32,000 nucleotides of DNA, from NCBI RefSeq assembly GCF_000014265.1, contig NC_008312.1, positions 1,620,001-1,652,000 of the forward strand, in the 5' to 3' direction. The translations under genes and the position numbers were made by a program. Shown here in pieces: positions 9,042-16,807 of the stretch; within the stretch, counting starts at the first letter, position 1, and each line of letters starts with the position of its first letter. A model generated the notes under the pieces. It was not told the DNA's origin. It saw nothing but the letters and a program-made list of their open reading frames with translations, and made no database searches. This DNA is from Trichodesmium erythraeum IMS101 (GTDB taxonomy: Bacteria > Cyanobacteriota > Cyanobacteriia > Cyanobacteriales > Microcoleaceae).

Positions 9042-9350
9042 GAGAGTGCTTCCAAGAATGTTTGGTGAATGGTTATTTCAGAGGGGCTAGCCATATTTCT
9101 AAGTTTTTGTTATGGTTTGATACTTGAAGGCTTGAAGATTGGAATTTTTATCAGAGGTTAATGACAAATAAGGTGAAATTTTACCCTCTCTGGCTAAGGA
9201 GGTTTCAATATTTTCAGCTCTTTGGTGTTCTTTAGATTATCATAAGATTATCGTATTTTACTTATCGTATTGTTGTTTTGAGAGGCGATCGCTTGAATTT
9301 TCTCCCTTCCTAAATGAGTGGTTTGATAAATTGACTATTTTGTGGTATAC
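9042..9350 (+). repeat. Copy A of a 2-copy direct repeat (non-coding)
   Basis: Alignable by eye with 9398-9775. Shared blocks include aagtttttgttatgg.ttgat.ctt.aagg.ttgaa.attggaattttt.tcagaggtt.atga, ctctggctaaggagg.ttcaatattttcagctctttgg, and cttatcgtattgttgtttt.agaggcgatcgcttgaattt. There is no conserved ORF. Confidence 0.85.
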
Positions 9351-9397
9351 TTAAATAATAACTATTTATTTGTTATAAATATTTGGTTCTGTACTTT

Positions 9398-9775
9398 ATA
9401 TGGGTGCTTCATAGAATGCTTAGGGAATAGCTGTTTCAGAGGCGATCGCTATATTTTTAAGTTTTTGTTATGGGTTGATGCTTAAAGGTTTGAAAATTGG
9501 AATTTTTGTCAGAGGTTGATGATAAATTAGTTGAAATTTTGCCCGCTCTGGCTAAGGAGGATTCAATATTTTCAGCTCTTTGGTTCATTTATGTGATAAT
9601 ATAAAATAAAGAATAATTCAAAAGCAAGTTATTGCTTAATTAAATTTTGAGGTAAGAAATACTTATCGTATTGTTGTTTTTAGAGGCGATCGCTTGAATT
9701 TTTAAATGGATGAAAGACTAATTTTTTTCCCTTCCTAAGTAAGTGGCTTGATAAATTAATTATTTTTTGGTATGC
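9398..9775 (+). repeat. Copy B of the 2-copy direct repeat (non-coding), about 70 bp longer because of an internal insertion
   Basis: See copy A. The extra segment lies at about 9590-9660. Confidence 0.85.
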
Positions 9776-9814
9776 AGAAGCAAGAAACTGAAATAGTTCA
9801 CTTAAACGGAACTC

Positions 9815-9920
9815 GAAAGAGGAAAGAAAAAAGAGAAAAGAGAAAAGATATAAAGAGAAAAGAAGAAAATAAAAAAGGATAATAATTTTAGGAACGAAAG
9901 GAGGAAGAAAGTAGAAATTA
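9815..9920 (+). repeat. Polypurine (A/G) low-complexity tract
   Basis: A pure purine run occupies 9815-9848 (gaaagaggaaagaaaaaagagaaaagagaaaaga). Further A/G blocks follow to about 9920, just upstream of the 9979 start codon. Confidence 0.9.
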
Positions 9921-9978
9921 CACTAAATGATAAGTTAAAAGTTCAGCTATAGAATAGTCAATAACTAAGGAAAAATTT

Positions 9979-10473
9979 ATGACAGTACAACCACCTCCAC
10001 CCCCATCTATTACTCCACGCCAGATGGATTTGTTGCGGATTGTTGCTTATATGGCATGGTCAGATGGACAACTGGCGCAAGAGGAAGTTGAGCTAATGTT
10101 GAATCGTTTTAGTAGTTTATTTGCTACAGGAGATTCCCAACAACAACTTCAAGAGGAATTACGGGATTATCTCATGCAAAATATACCATTGGAGGAGTCA
10201 ATCCCCAAATTAGAAAGTCAACAAGAACGGGAACTTGTGCTGAAATTAGGTTATGAGGTAATCGCTTGTAGTGCTCGTACTCCTGAAGAAGCAAATATCA
10301 ATGAAGAGGAAGAAGTTGCTTATCAAAAGTTAAAGCAGTTGCTTAATATTTCAAAGGATGTAGTAAAGCGTATAGAAGCTGAGGCTAATACTGAACTTAA
10401 TCAGCAAAAACAACAAGGAATTGTTGAGATGATGACTCATGGTCTAGAGCAACATTTACACAAACAAAATTAA
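9979..10473 (+). CDS. TerB-like (tellurite-resistance TerB / DjlA N-domain-like) family protein
   Basis: A 164 aa ORF with aagga 9 nt upstream of the ATG. LLRIVAYMAWSDGQLAQEEVELM fits the TerB-like helical repeat pattern. The assignment is by motif only. Confidence 0.5.
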   Translation: MTVQPPPPPSITPRQMDLLRIVAYMAWSDGQLAQEEVELMLNRFSSLFATGDSQQQLQEELRDYLMQNIPLEESIPKLESQQERELVLKLGYEVIACSARTPEEANINEEEEVAYQKLKQLLNISKDVVKRIEAEANTELNQQKQQGIVEMMTHGLEQHLHKQN

Positions 10474-10490
10474 ATTTATTTATGGAAAAT

Positions 10491-10520
10491 GCAACAACTT
10501 ATTTATTGTTGCTTTTTTTA
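10491..10520 (+). terminator. Rho-independent terminator of the TerB-like gene
   Basis: Stem gcaacaa (10491-10497) pairs with ttgttgc (10507-10513) across a 9-nt loop, followed by ttttttt (10514-10520). It lies 18 nt after the stop codon. Confidence 0.75.
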
Positions 10521-11176
10521 CCTTTTTTTTACTTTCTTCAGACTAGGAAGTAACTGAGAGTTTATATTTTTATGGAATTTATACTTGAGATATAAATATA
10601 TATAGACTATATAAATATTTACAATTTATCAGAGTTTGATCTTTCGGTTGATAAAATCATTCTACCAGTTATAATTGAATATATTTGATGTTATTGTCTG
10701 TTTAAACAAACTTTGTAGTATAAATATTGAAGATTGCTTGTTTAGTAATATAATTTTGAGTTTAGTATCAAAAATATATGGTTATTGCTACTAAGTTATA
10801 CCATTTATCAAAAAAATTTCAATATTTATCTAACCACGATAATAATGCGAAATCATTTGTGAAAAATTACTAGTTTTTTTAAATGGCTCCAACTGCTATT
10901 ACTTTTGGTTTTTCTCTTCAGCATAAGTGTCTTTATAGTCCTCCATCTATTTCACTTTTCAAATAGGATTGCTATATTTACTGAAATTTATATGACGACA
11001 CAATATTTTGAAGCTTATGAACAGGGACAAATGGCAGGCCATAATTTTCAATATGTTATGTTTTCTCTGGGTAAAATCTTTATAGAAATTTTCACTAATA
11101 AATAACTTTGTCCAGGGGAAAATGCTCATATCTCTGAAAAGGGGAGATAAATTGCCTTCCAACTGAAAAGAAATAT

Positions 11177-11728
11177 TCAAACTTCTTTTTGGGAAATCAT
11201 ACCTGTTTGACGAGCATAAGCAAAAAGACCTCCAGCATCAATTACAGGTCTTACTTCTCCCAAAGACTTTAACTGATAAGTTTGATCAAGAGTATGATTA
11301 ACTATTTGATTTTTTTCAAAATCAATAGTAACTTTTTGACCAGTTTTAAATAACTCACACAGGCGATCGCTAGACTCCCAAGGATATAATTCTCCAGTGG
11401 CGGAACAATTACGGAAGAATATACGAGCATAAGATTGAGCAACTACTGCTTGGACACCAGAAGCGCCCAATGCAATAGGTGCATGTTCCCTTGAAGAGCC
11501 ACAACCAAAATTTTCTCCAGCTACGATAATGGGATACTTTGTTTTCATTGCTTCTGGCTCCATAAATCTACCATAGCGATCAGGCAAACCACACAAAGCA
11601 TAAGTTCCTAGTTTATCATATTCATCTGGCTTTGAAGGAACCAATGTTAGATACTCAGCAGGTATAATTTGGTCAGTATCTATATTGTCATCTAAGACAA
11701 AAATTTTACCAGTTAGGGATTTGGTCAT
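11177..11728 (-). CDS. leuD: 3-isopropylmalate dehydratase small subunit
   Basis: A 183 aa ORF with the aconitase swivel-domain motif GENFGCGSSREHAP and N-terminal DNIDTDQIIPAEYL. No leuC is adjacent. Confidence 0.85.
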   Translation of the reverse strand: MTKSLTGKIFVLDDNIDTDQIIPAEYLTLVPSKPDEYDKLGTYALCGLPDRYGRFMEPEAMKTKYPIIVAGENFGCGSSREHAPIALGASGVQAVVAQSYARIFFRNCSATGELYPWESSDRLCELFKTGQKVTIDFEKNQIVNHTLDQTYQLKSLGEVRPVIDAGGLFAYARQTGMISQKEV

Positions 11729-11944
11729 AGTTAATTTTTTGTTTTCCCTCTAATATTGTTACAATTTTCAATTTTTAATTTTATATTCTAGCATAATATT
11801 TGTTAAAGACTATTTGTAAAATATATTAAAAAATCTGTGGGACAACTAAATTTTTAAGCTGGAATAAGGCTAGAGATTGAAGTTGATCTACAGGTGTCAT
11901 GATATGTGTATTTATCTTCCTAAAGTTATGGTTAAAAATAAGTT

Positions 11945-12099
11945 ACAGCAGATTTCGGGCTAATTATGTATATGGTAAATGGTGAAAATTATGTAGTGCA
12001 GATATATTGCCCCCATGGGTATACTTAATAACAAAGGAAAGGCTGTATCAATAATTATGTCTTTGCCTATTTCCTATTTTATATTCTCTATTCCCTTGC
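11945..12099 (+). repeat. Dispersed ~155 bp repeat, copy 1 (upstream of ORF 12117)
   Basis: acagcagatttcgggc...gtaaatggtgaaaattatgtagtgc...ttaataacaaaggaaaggctgtatc...attcccttgc matches the reverse complement of 29869-30022 at roughly 75% by eye. Confidence 0.7.
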
Positions 12100-12116
12100 A
12101 ATAACTATTAATATCA

Positions 12117-12995
12117 ATGACAAATCAAATTAATGATACATTTATGCAAGCACGCCAGGGTAACATAGCAGCAATTATTCAAGTTATGAATGAAAATTTA
12201 GCTAAGTTAGGTGTAAGAATTAGAGCTATATTTTCTGATGGTGTTTTGCAAGTTTTATGTGAAGCACCAGAGCCTCAACATTTAGAAAAGTCTAGTATTT
12301 TAAAAGAGGTTAAACAAACCCTTGAAGAAATTTCACCTCGTAATATTCAGCAAATAGAAATTAATAGTAGAATATTTAAATATCCACAACTACTTTGGCT
12401 AGAAGATATTACTAAAAATCCAGATAATAAATTACTTTGGTCTCAAAAAATTATTTTGACTAAACCAAATATTTTCAAGCAAATAGCAAATAATTTTTAT
12501 ATTAATAAGCTTAAACGGACTAAAATACCTATGTCTAAAGGTATTCTTCTGAAGAGAATGCAAAGGCTAGATCAATTCCAACCTGATATAATAGGCATTT
12601 TTCTTCTGAGTCTGATAATGCTAACTTTAGGTATTCAAGTTAATAGATGGCTCAACAATTCTTGGATAGATCAAATAACAACTTCAGAAAATATAGCTTC
12701 CCAGCCTTCATTTCTTAATGATAAAAAATCTTCAGAAGATACTGAGTTGAAGTCAAAAGTAGCTTTTACTCAAGCAGTACGACTGGCTCAAAAAGCTGTT
12801 GCATATGGTAAGATAGCTAAGTCTAAAGAAGAATGGATGGCGATCGCTAAGATATGGGAAGAAGCAGCAGAACTAATGGCTTCTGTTTCACCTAGTTACT
12901 CACGGCATGATGTAGCACTAGATAGGGCTGAAATTTATCAGAAAAATAGTGATATTGCCAAAACACAAGTAGAGAAAATTGTTAGAGGAGAATGA
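12117..12995 (+). CDS. Hypothetical membrane protein (one central TM helix)
   Basis: A 292 aa ORF. The hydrophobic segment IIGIFLLSLIMLTLGIQV lies mid-protein. I recognise no family. Codon usage resembles that of neighbouring genes. Confidence 0.6.
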   Translation: MTNQINDTFMQARQGNIAAIIQVMNENLAKLGVRIRAIFSDGVLQVLCEAPEPQHLEKSSILKEVKQTLEEISPRNIQQIEINSRIFKYPQLLWLEDITKNPDNKLLWSQKIILTKPNIFKQIANNFYINKLKRTKIPMSKGILLKRMQRLDQFQPDIIGIFLLSLIMLTLGIQVNRWLNNSWIDQITTSENIASQPSFLNDKKSSEDTELKSKVAFTQAVRLAQKAVAYGKIAKSKEEWMAIAKIWEEAAELMASVSPSYSRHDVALDRAEIYQKNSDIAKTQVEKIVRGE

Positions 12996-13211
12996 GAGGG
13001 TTTAGTAGTTGGAAATCATAAAGTTTTTTAGATTGATGAATTAAGCAAAAGATTTTAAAGATTTATGGAATATCTCTAATTTAGTTTACTAATTATTATA
13101 ACTGTCATCTAGAGAATAATATTAGTAGTTATGTCAAGTATGTCAAGTTACAATTAACTAAAACTACAACATATATGTCGTTTCTTACAATAGATTTATA
13201 TAGTTCTTTGT

Positions 13212-14891
13212 ATGCTCACTAAAAATTCTTCTAAGTCCCGACCTTGGCAACGCGCTCAATATTCTCCCTTAACCAGACAAATAGATGTTTTTAGTGCGGC
13301 GGGAAAATTTTTTTTCTTTTTATGGTGGGATAATTTATTTCAAAATAAATCTTCAACTCTCAGGAGGCGTCGGGCTGAATGGTTAGTCAAAACTATGATA
13401 AATTTAGGTCCAACTTTTATTAAAATAGGCCAATCTTTATCTACACGAGCTGATATATTGCCGAAGGAATATGTGGAAGAATTAGGAAAATTACAAGACC
13501 AGGTGCCTCCTTTTGAAACTACGGAGGCGATCGCTATTATTGAGTCGGAACTTGGCAACTCTCTTTATTCTTTGTATCGAGATTTTAAGGAATTTCCTAT
13601 CGCTGCAGCAAGTCTTGGACAAGTACATAAAGCTAATTTACAAACTGGTGAGGAAGTTGTGGTTAAAATACAACGTCCTGGGTTAAAAGTTTTATTTGAC
13701 TTGGATGTGAAAGCTCTCAAAAATGTTATCCGTTTTTGTAAAAGGTATTTTGCTTGGGCTAAGAAGTATGATTTAGATGTTATTTACTATGATTTTTTTA
13801 CAATTTTATATCAAGAAATTGATTATGTTAATGAGGGAAAAAATGCTGACCGCTTTCGCGACAATTTTCAAGGATATCCTGATATAGTAGTGCCTCGTGT
13901 TTATTGGACTCACACTACAGAAAAAGTTATAACTCTTGAGTATTTACCGGGAATTAAAATTAATGATCGTAGGGAAATGGAAGCTTATAATCTTAATCCG
14001 AAGCTAATTAATCAAATAGGAGTTTGTTGTTATTTAAAGCAGTTATTGTTAGATGGTTTTTTTCAAGCTGACCCTCATCCAGGAAATTTAGCAGTTAGTT
14101 CAGATGGCAAAGTTATTTTTTATGATTTTGGGATGATGGCTGAGGTCAAATCTTTAACTAAAGATCAAATGATTAAAACTTTTTTTGCTGTATTAAAAAA
14201 AGATGTTGAACAGGTTTTAAATGCTTTAATTACTATTGGTTTAATTGTACCAATGTCTAATATGATGCCTGTGAGAAGATTACTTGATTTTTTATTGGAA
14301 AATTTTACTGATAAACCTGTCAATTTTTATGATTTTGATCAAATTAAGGAAGAACTTTATGTATTGTTTGAAGAACAACCATTTCGTCTCCCCTCTCAAA
14401 TGACTTTTATTCTTAAGTCACTTACTACTTTGGATGGTATTGCTAGAGAACTTGATCCTGATTATAGTTTAGTTAGTTGTTCTCAACCTTTTGTTAAAAG
14501 TATAACTTTTTCTAAAGGTAAAGGTAGAGTTGTTGGTGAGTTAGCTAAACAGACTACAGATTTTATTAAGTATAAATTACGGCAACCTAGTAAAAGTGAA
14601 GTTTTAATCCGTCAATTCCAAACAAAAATTGAAGATGGTGAAATTCAGTTTCGGGTACGTTCTATTGAACATGATCGGTTATTGAAACGGATTAATTTAG
14701 CTTTGAAAGTTTTGATTTTTACTGGTTTTACTGGTTTTACTTTTTTATCGGGATCTGTTTTACTGACTGGAGGTTATATTAAAGCTGCAATTATTATTTT
14801 TGTTTTATCGGTATTGGGATTTATATTCCTATTAAAGTTAGGGTTTCAGTTATCTATTAAAGAAAAATTAGATAAAATAGCAGAAAAATAA
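13212..14891 (+). CDS. ABC1/UbiB (AarF-domain) atypical protein kinase with C-terminal TM helices
   Basis: A 559 aa ORF. Family motifs are AAASLGQVHKA, VVVKIQRPG and FFQADPHPGNL. The C-terminal hydrophobic tail is FTGFTGFTFLSGSVLLTGGYIKAAIIIFVLSVLGFIFLL. Confidence 0.9.
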   Translation: MLTKNSSKSRPWQRAQYSPLTRQIDVFSAAGKFFFFLWWDNLFQNKSSTLRRRRAEWLVKTMINLGPTFIKIGQSLSTRADILPKEYVEELGKLQDQVPPFETTEAIAIIESELGNSLYSLYRDFKEFPIAAASLGQVHKANLQTGEEVVVKIQRPGLKVLFDLDVKALKNVIRFCKRYFAWAKKYDLDVIYYDFFTILYQEIDYVNEGKNADRFRDNFQGYPDIVVPRVYWTHTTEKVITLEYLPGIKINDRREMEAYNLNPKLINQIGVCCYLKQLLLDGFFQADPHPGNLAVSSDGKVIFYDFGMMAEVKSLTKDQMIKTFFAVLKKDVEQVLNALITIGLIVPMSNMMPVRRLLDFLLENFTDKPVNFYDFDQIKEELYVLFEEQPFRLPSQMTFILKSLTTLDGIARELDPDYSLVSCSQPFVKSITFSKGKGRVVGELAKQTTDFIKYKLRQPSKSEVLIRQFQTKIEDGEIQFRVRSIEHDRLLKRINLALKVLIFTGFTGFTFLSGSVLLTGGYIKAAIIIFVLSVLGFIFLLKLGFQLSIKEKLDKIAEK

Positions 14892-14992
14892 ATTACTACT
14901 AAATTACTACAGTGATCGCCTCATTTTTTCTATTACTTTTTTTGGTTGAATAAAAAGTATTATGTAGGGGCAAACTTACCATGATCTATAAA

Positions 14993-15062
14993 TTTTATTA
15001 TAGTTATTTTGAAGATGCTAACCTCATTTTCCCTTTTTTTCTTGGAGCTTCAAAGAATAAAA
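14993..15062 (-). repeat. Orphan inverted copy of the promoter-bearing part of the 246 bp repeat unit
   Basis: The reverse complement reads ttttattctttgaagctccaagaaaaaaagggaaaatgaggttagcatcttcaaaataactataataaa. The array unit reads ttttcattctgtgaagctccaaaaaaaaggaacaacgagggtagcatcttcaaaataactatggtataataaa. A TATAAT box on the minus strand lies at 15002-14997. Confidence 0.8.
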
Positions 15063-15148
15063 ACTTGTGTCATTGCTCACAAGTTATCTCATACTAAGTA
15101 ATAACATTTTGAAACAATAATGTTACAAATGATTAAGAGCGATCGCGT

Positions 15149-15328
15149 AAATTTATTTATCTATATCTGGAATACTATAGTCTTACGCATTAAGGTTAGG
15201 ACATTGACTATGATAGATAAAACTCAAAAATTTATCGAAAATTTATTTATCTATATCTGGAATACTATAGTCTTACGCATTAAGGTTAGGACATTGACTA
15301 TGATAGATAAAACTCAAAAATTTATCGA
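15149..15328 (+). repeat. Perfect 90 bp tandem duplication (2 copies) spanning the left end of an IS630-type element
   Basis: 15149-15238 and 15239-15328 are identical by eye. The junctions share the microhomology aaatttat. This duplication creates the artefactual track ORF 15120..15488 with its repeated peptide NLFIYIWNTIVLRIKVRTLTMIDKTQKFIE. Confidence 0.95.
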
Positions 15329-16219
15329 AGACTCCATGCCAGCACCATTAGACTATGATCTTCGAACCAAAGCAATTGAAGCAGTAAAAAGAGGAGAGAA
15401 AAAACTTCATGTTGCTCAAATGCTTAATATTAGTCGTAATACTTTAGATTTACGGTTAAACAGCAGAATTAGAGACAGGGACTTATGAAGCGCTCCCTAA
15501 CAAAGGAAGACCACAGAAAATTAAAAATGAAAAACAATTTCGACAATTTATCATAGAGAATAAAAATAAAACTCAACAACAAATAGCATAACTATGGGGG
15601 GATAATATAACTCGACAAAATATTAGTTATTTTTGTCAAAAAATAGAAATTACTCGAAAAAAAAACCTACGGATATGAAGGAAGAGACGAGGAAGAAAGA
15701 CAAAAATTTAGGGAAAAGTTATCAAAAGTAGAAAAAAATCAACTTGTTTATATTGATGAAGCAGGTTTTGATAATCATACTGGTTTATCCTTATGGATAT
15801 AGTCCTAAAGGGGAAAAATGTTTAGGGTTAAAGTCAGGAAAAAAAAGAGAAAGAACAAGTTGGATAGGGGCATTAAGAGAAAAAAAATTATTTGCCCCCT
15901 TAACTTTTGCAGGTTGGTGTAATCCTTATTTATTTGAGTATTGGTTGGAGTTTTGTCTAATTCCTCAATTGAATGTAGGAGACGTTATTATGGTTGATAA
16001 TGGGAGTTTTCACAAAGGGGAAAATATCAGAAAGATGGTAGAGGAAGCAGGTTATGAAATGTGGTATTTACCAGCTTATTCTCCAGATTTGAACAAAATT
16101 GAAAACTGGTAGGCAGTTTGAAAAACATGGATGAAGCAATTATTAAAGGAGTTTGAGACGGTCTCCAATTGTGTCGATGCAGCCTTCAAAAACTGCCCTA
16201 ATGTTTTTGCGTAAGACTA
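15178..16219 (+). mobile_element. IS630/Tc1-mariner family insertion sequence (ISY100-like), inactivated
   Basis: The terminal inverted repeats are tagtcttacgca (15178-15189, again at 15268) and tgcgtaagacta (16208-16219). Each is flanked by TA (15176-77 and 16220-21), the IS630 target duplication. Confidence 0.85.
15336..16205 (+). pseudogene. IS630-family transposase pseudogene (frameshifts and stops)
   Basis: The HTH part is MPAPLDYDLRTKAIEAVKRGEKKLHVAQMLNISRNTL. The DDE part is YIDEAG-like ...YGYSPKGEKCLGLKSGKKRER...VIMVDNGSFHKGENI...WYLPAYSPDLNKIENW*. It needs at least 2 frame changes and contains internal stops. Confidence 0.85.
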
Positions 16220-16238
16220 TAGCTCAGTCAAAATAGCT

Positions 16239-16274
16239 AAAAAAAACGGGTTAACCCGATTTTGGTTAACCCGC
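16239..16274 (-). terminator. Rho-independent terminator downstream of the ycf35-like gene
   Basis: The minus strand reads gcgggttaaccaaaatcgggttaacccgtttttttt. A 9 bp stem cgggttaac/gttaacccg is followed by U8. It lies 24 nt after the stop and 17 bp from the IS630 right end. Confidence 0.8.
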
Positions 16275-16297
16275 AAACTTGGGAACACGCAAATAAA

Positions 16298-16651
16298 TTA
16301 CTTTTGCACTACCAATTTGACATTAGCGTTTTGTAGACCACGTTGCTTAACAGTAGCTAAGGTTTTGTTAACGGCATACTTTTGGTTGATGGAATTAATT
16401 AACTCAGTTTGATTGTGCTTCTTAGCAACACCCCACAAATCAGCGATTAGATCAAAAGAACCATCACTGTTGCGAGACCAGCCTAAATCATATTCGCCTT
16501 CTAGAACAGCAACGATATCGGAACGTACACGTTGGCCATTGTATCCACGAACATCAGCATTAGTTTTAACTGTAACTCCCAAATCACCCAAGGAAGCTTT
16601 TAAGATTTCAGCGTCAGTTATCTTAGTACGTAATGTGCTGAAGTGAGACAT
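16298..16651 (-). CDS. ycf35: DUF1257 / Ycf35-like protein
   Basis: A 117 aa ORF starting MSHFSTLRTKITDAEILKASLGDLG, which I recall as the characteristic N-terminus of the DUF1257 (plastid Ycf35) family. A strong SD, aggagga, precedes the ATG. The family name is from memory and was not searched. Confidence 0.7.
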   Translation of the reverse strand: MSHFSTLRTKITDAEILKASLGDLGVTVKTNADVRGYNGQRVRSDIVAVLEGEYDLGWSRNSDGSFDLIADLWGVAKKHNQTELINSINQKYAVNKTLATVKQRGLQNANVKLVVQK

Positions 16652-16807
16652 TTGGGTTTCCTCCTAAATTTATAATTAAAACAGAAACAACAACGGTGCT
16701 TTATCGAACAGTACCACAAATAATAATTAATGTGGTTTTTTTAGAAACTGCTAGCAACTTTATTCAGTTTACTAGCCTTTACTCCTGTTTGTACCAGGAG
16801 AAAGCTT

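Noticed and set aside
9170-9215. aaggagg in the conserved block of the 9 kb repeats as a ribosome-binding site for a small ORF.
   Set aside because: No start codon with a conserved downstream frame follows in either copy. The upstream 24-codon ORF in copy A is interrupted by a stop in copy B.
10905-11180. Track ORFs 10905..11105 (+) and 10959..11180 (-).
   Set aside because: They are mutually overlapping antisense ORFs in AT-rich spacer DNA. They have no RBS and no family resemblance, and the minus-strand ORF would overlap the leuD stop region.
13340-13558. Track ORF of 72 aa (-).
   Set aside because: It is antisense within the ABC1 kinase gene.
15120-15488. Track ORF of 122 aa with an internal repeated peptide.
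   Set aside because: The N-terminal two thirds is an artefact of reading through the 90 bp tandem duplication of the IS630 end. Only the last ~50 aa (from the ATG at 15336) is real transposase HTH sequence.
15744-16112. Track ORF of 122 aa treated as an intact gene.
   Set aside because: It is the DDE portion of the IS630 transposase. It is detached from its HTH part by frameshifts and ends in a premature stop, so it is reported as part of the pseudogene.
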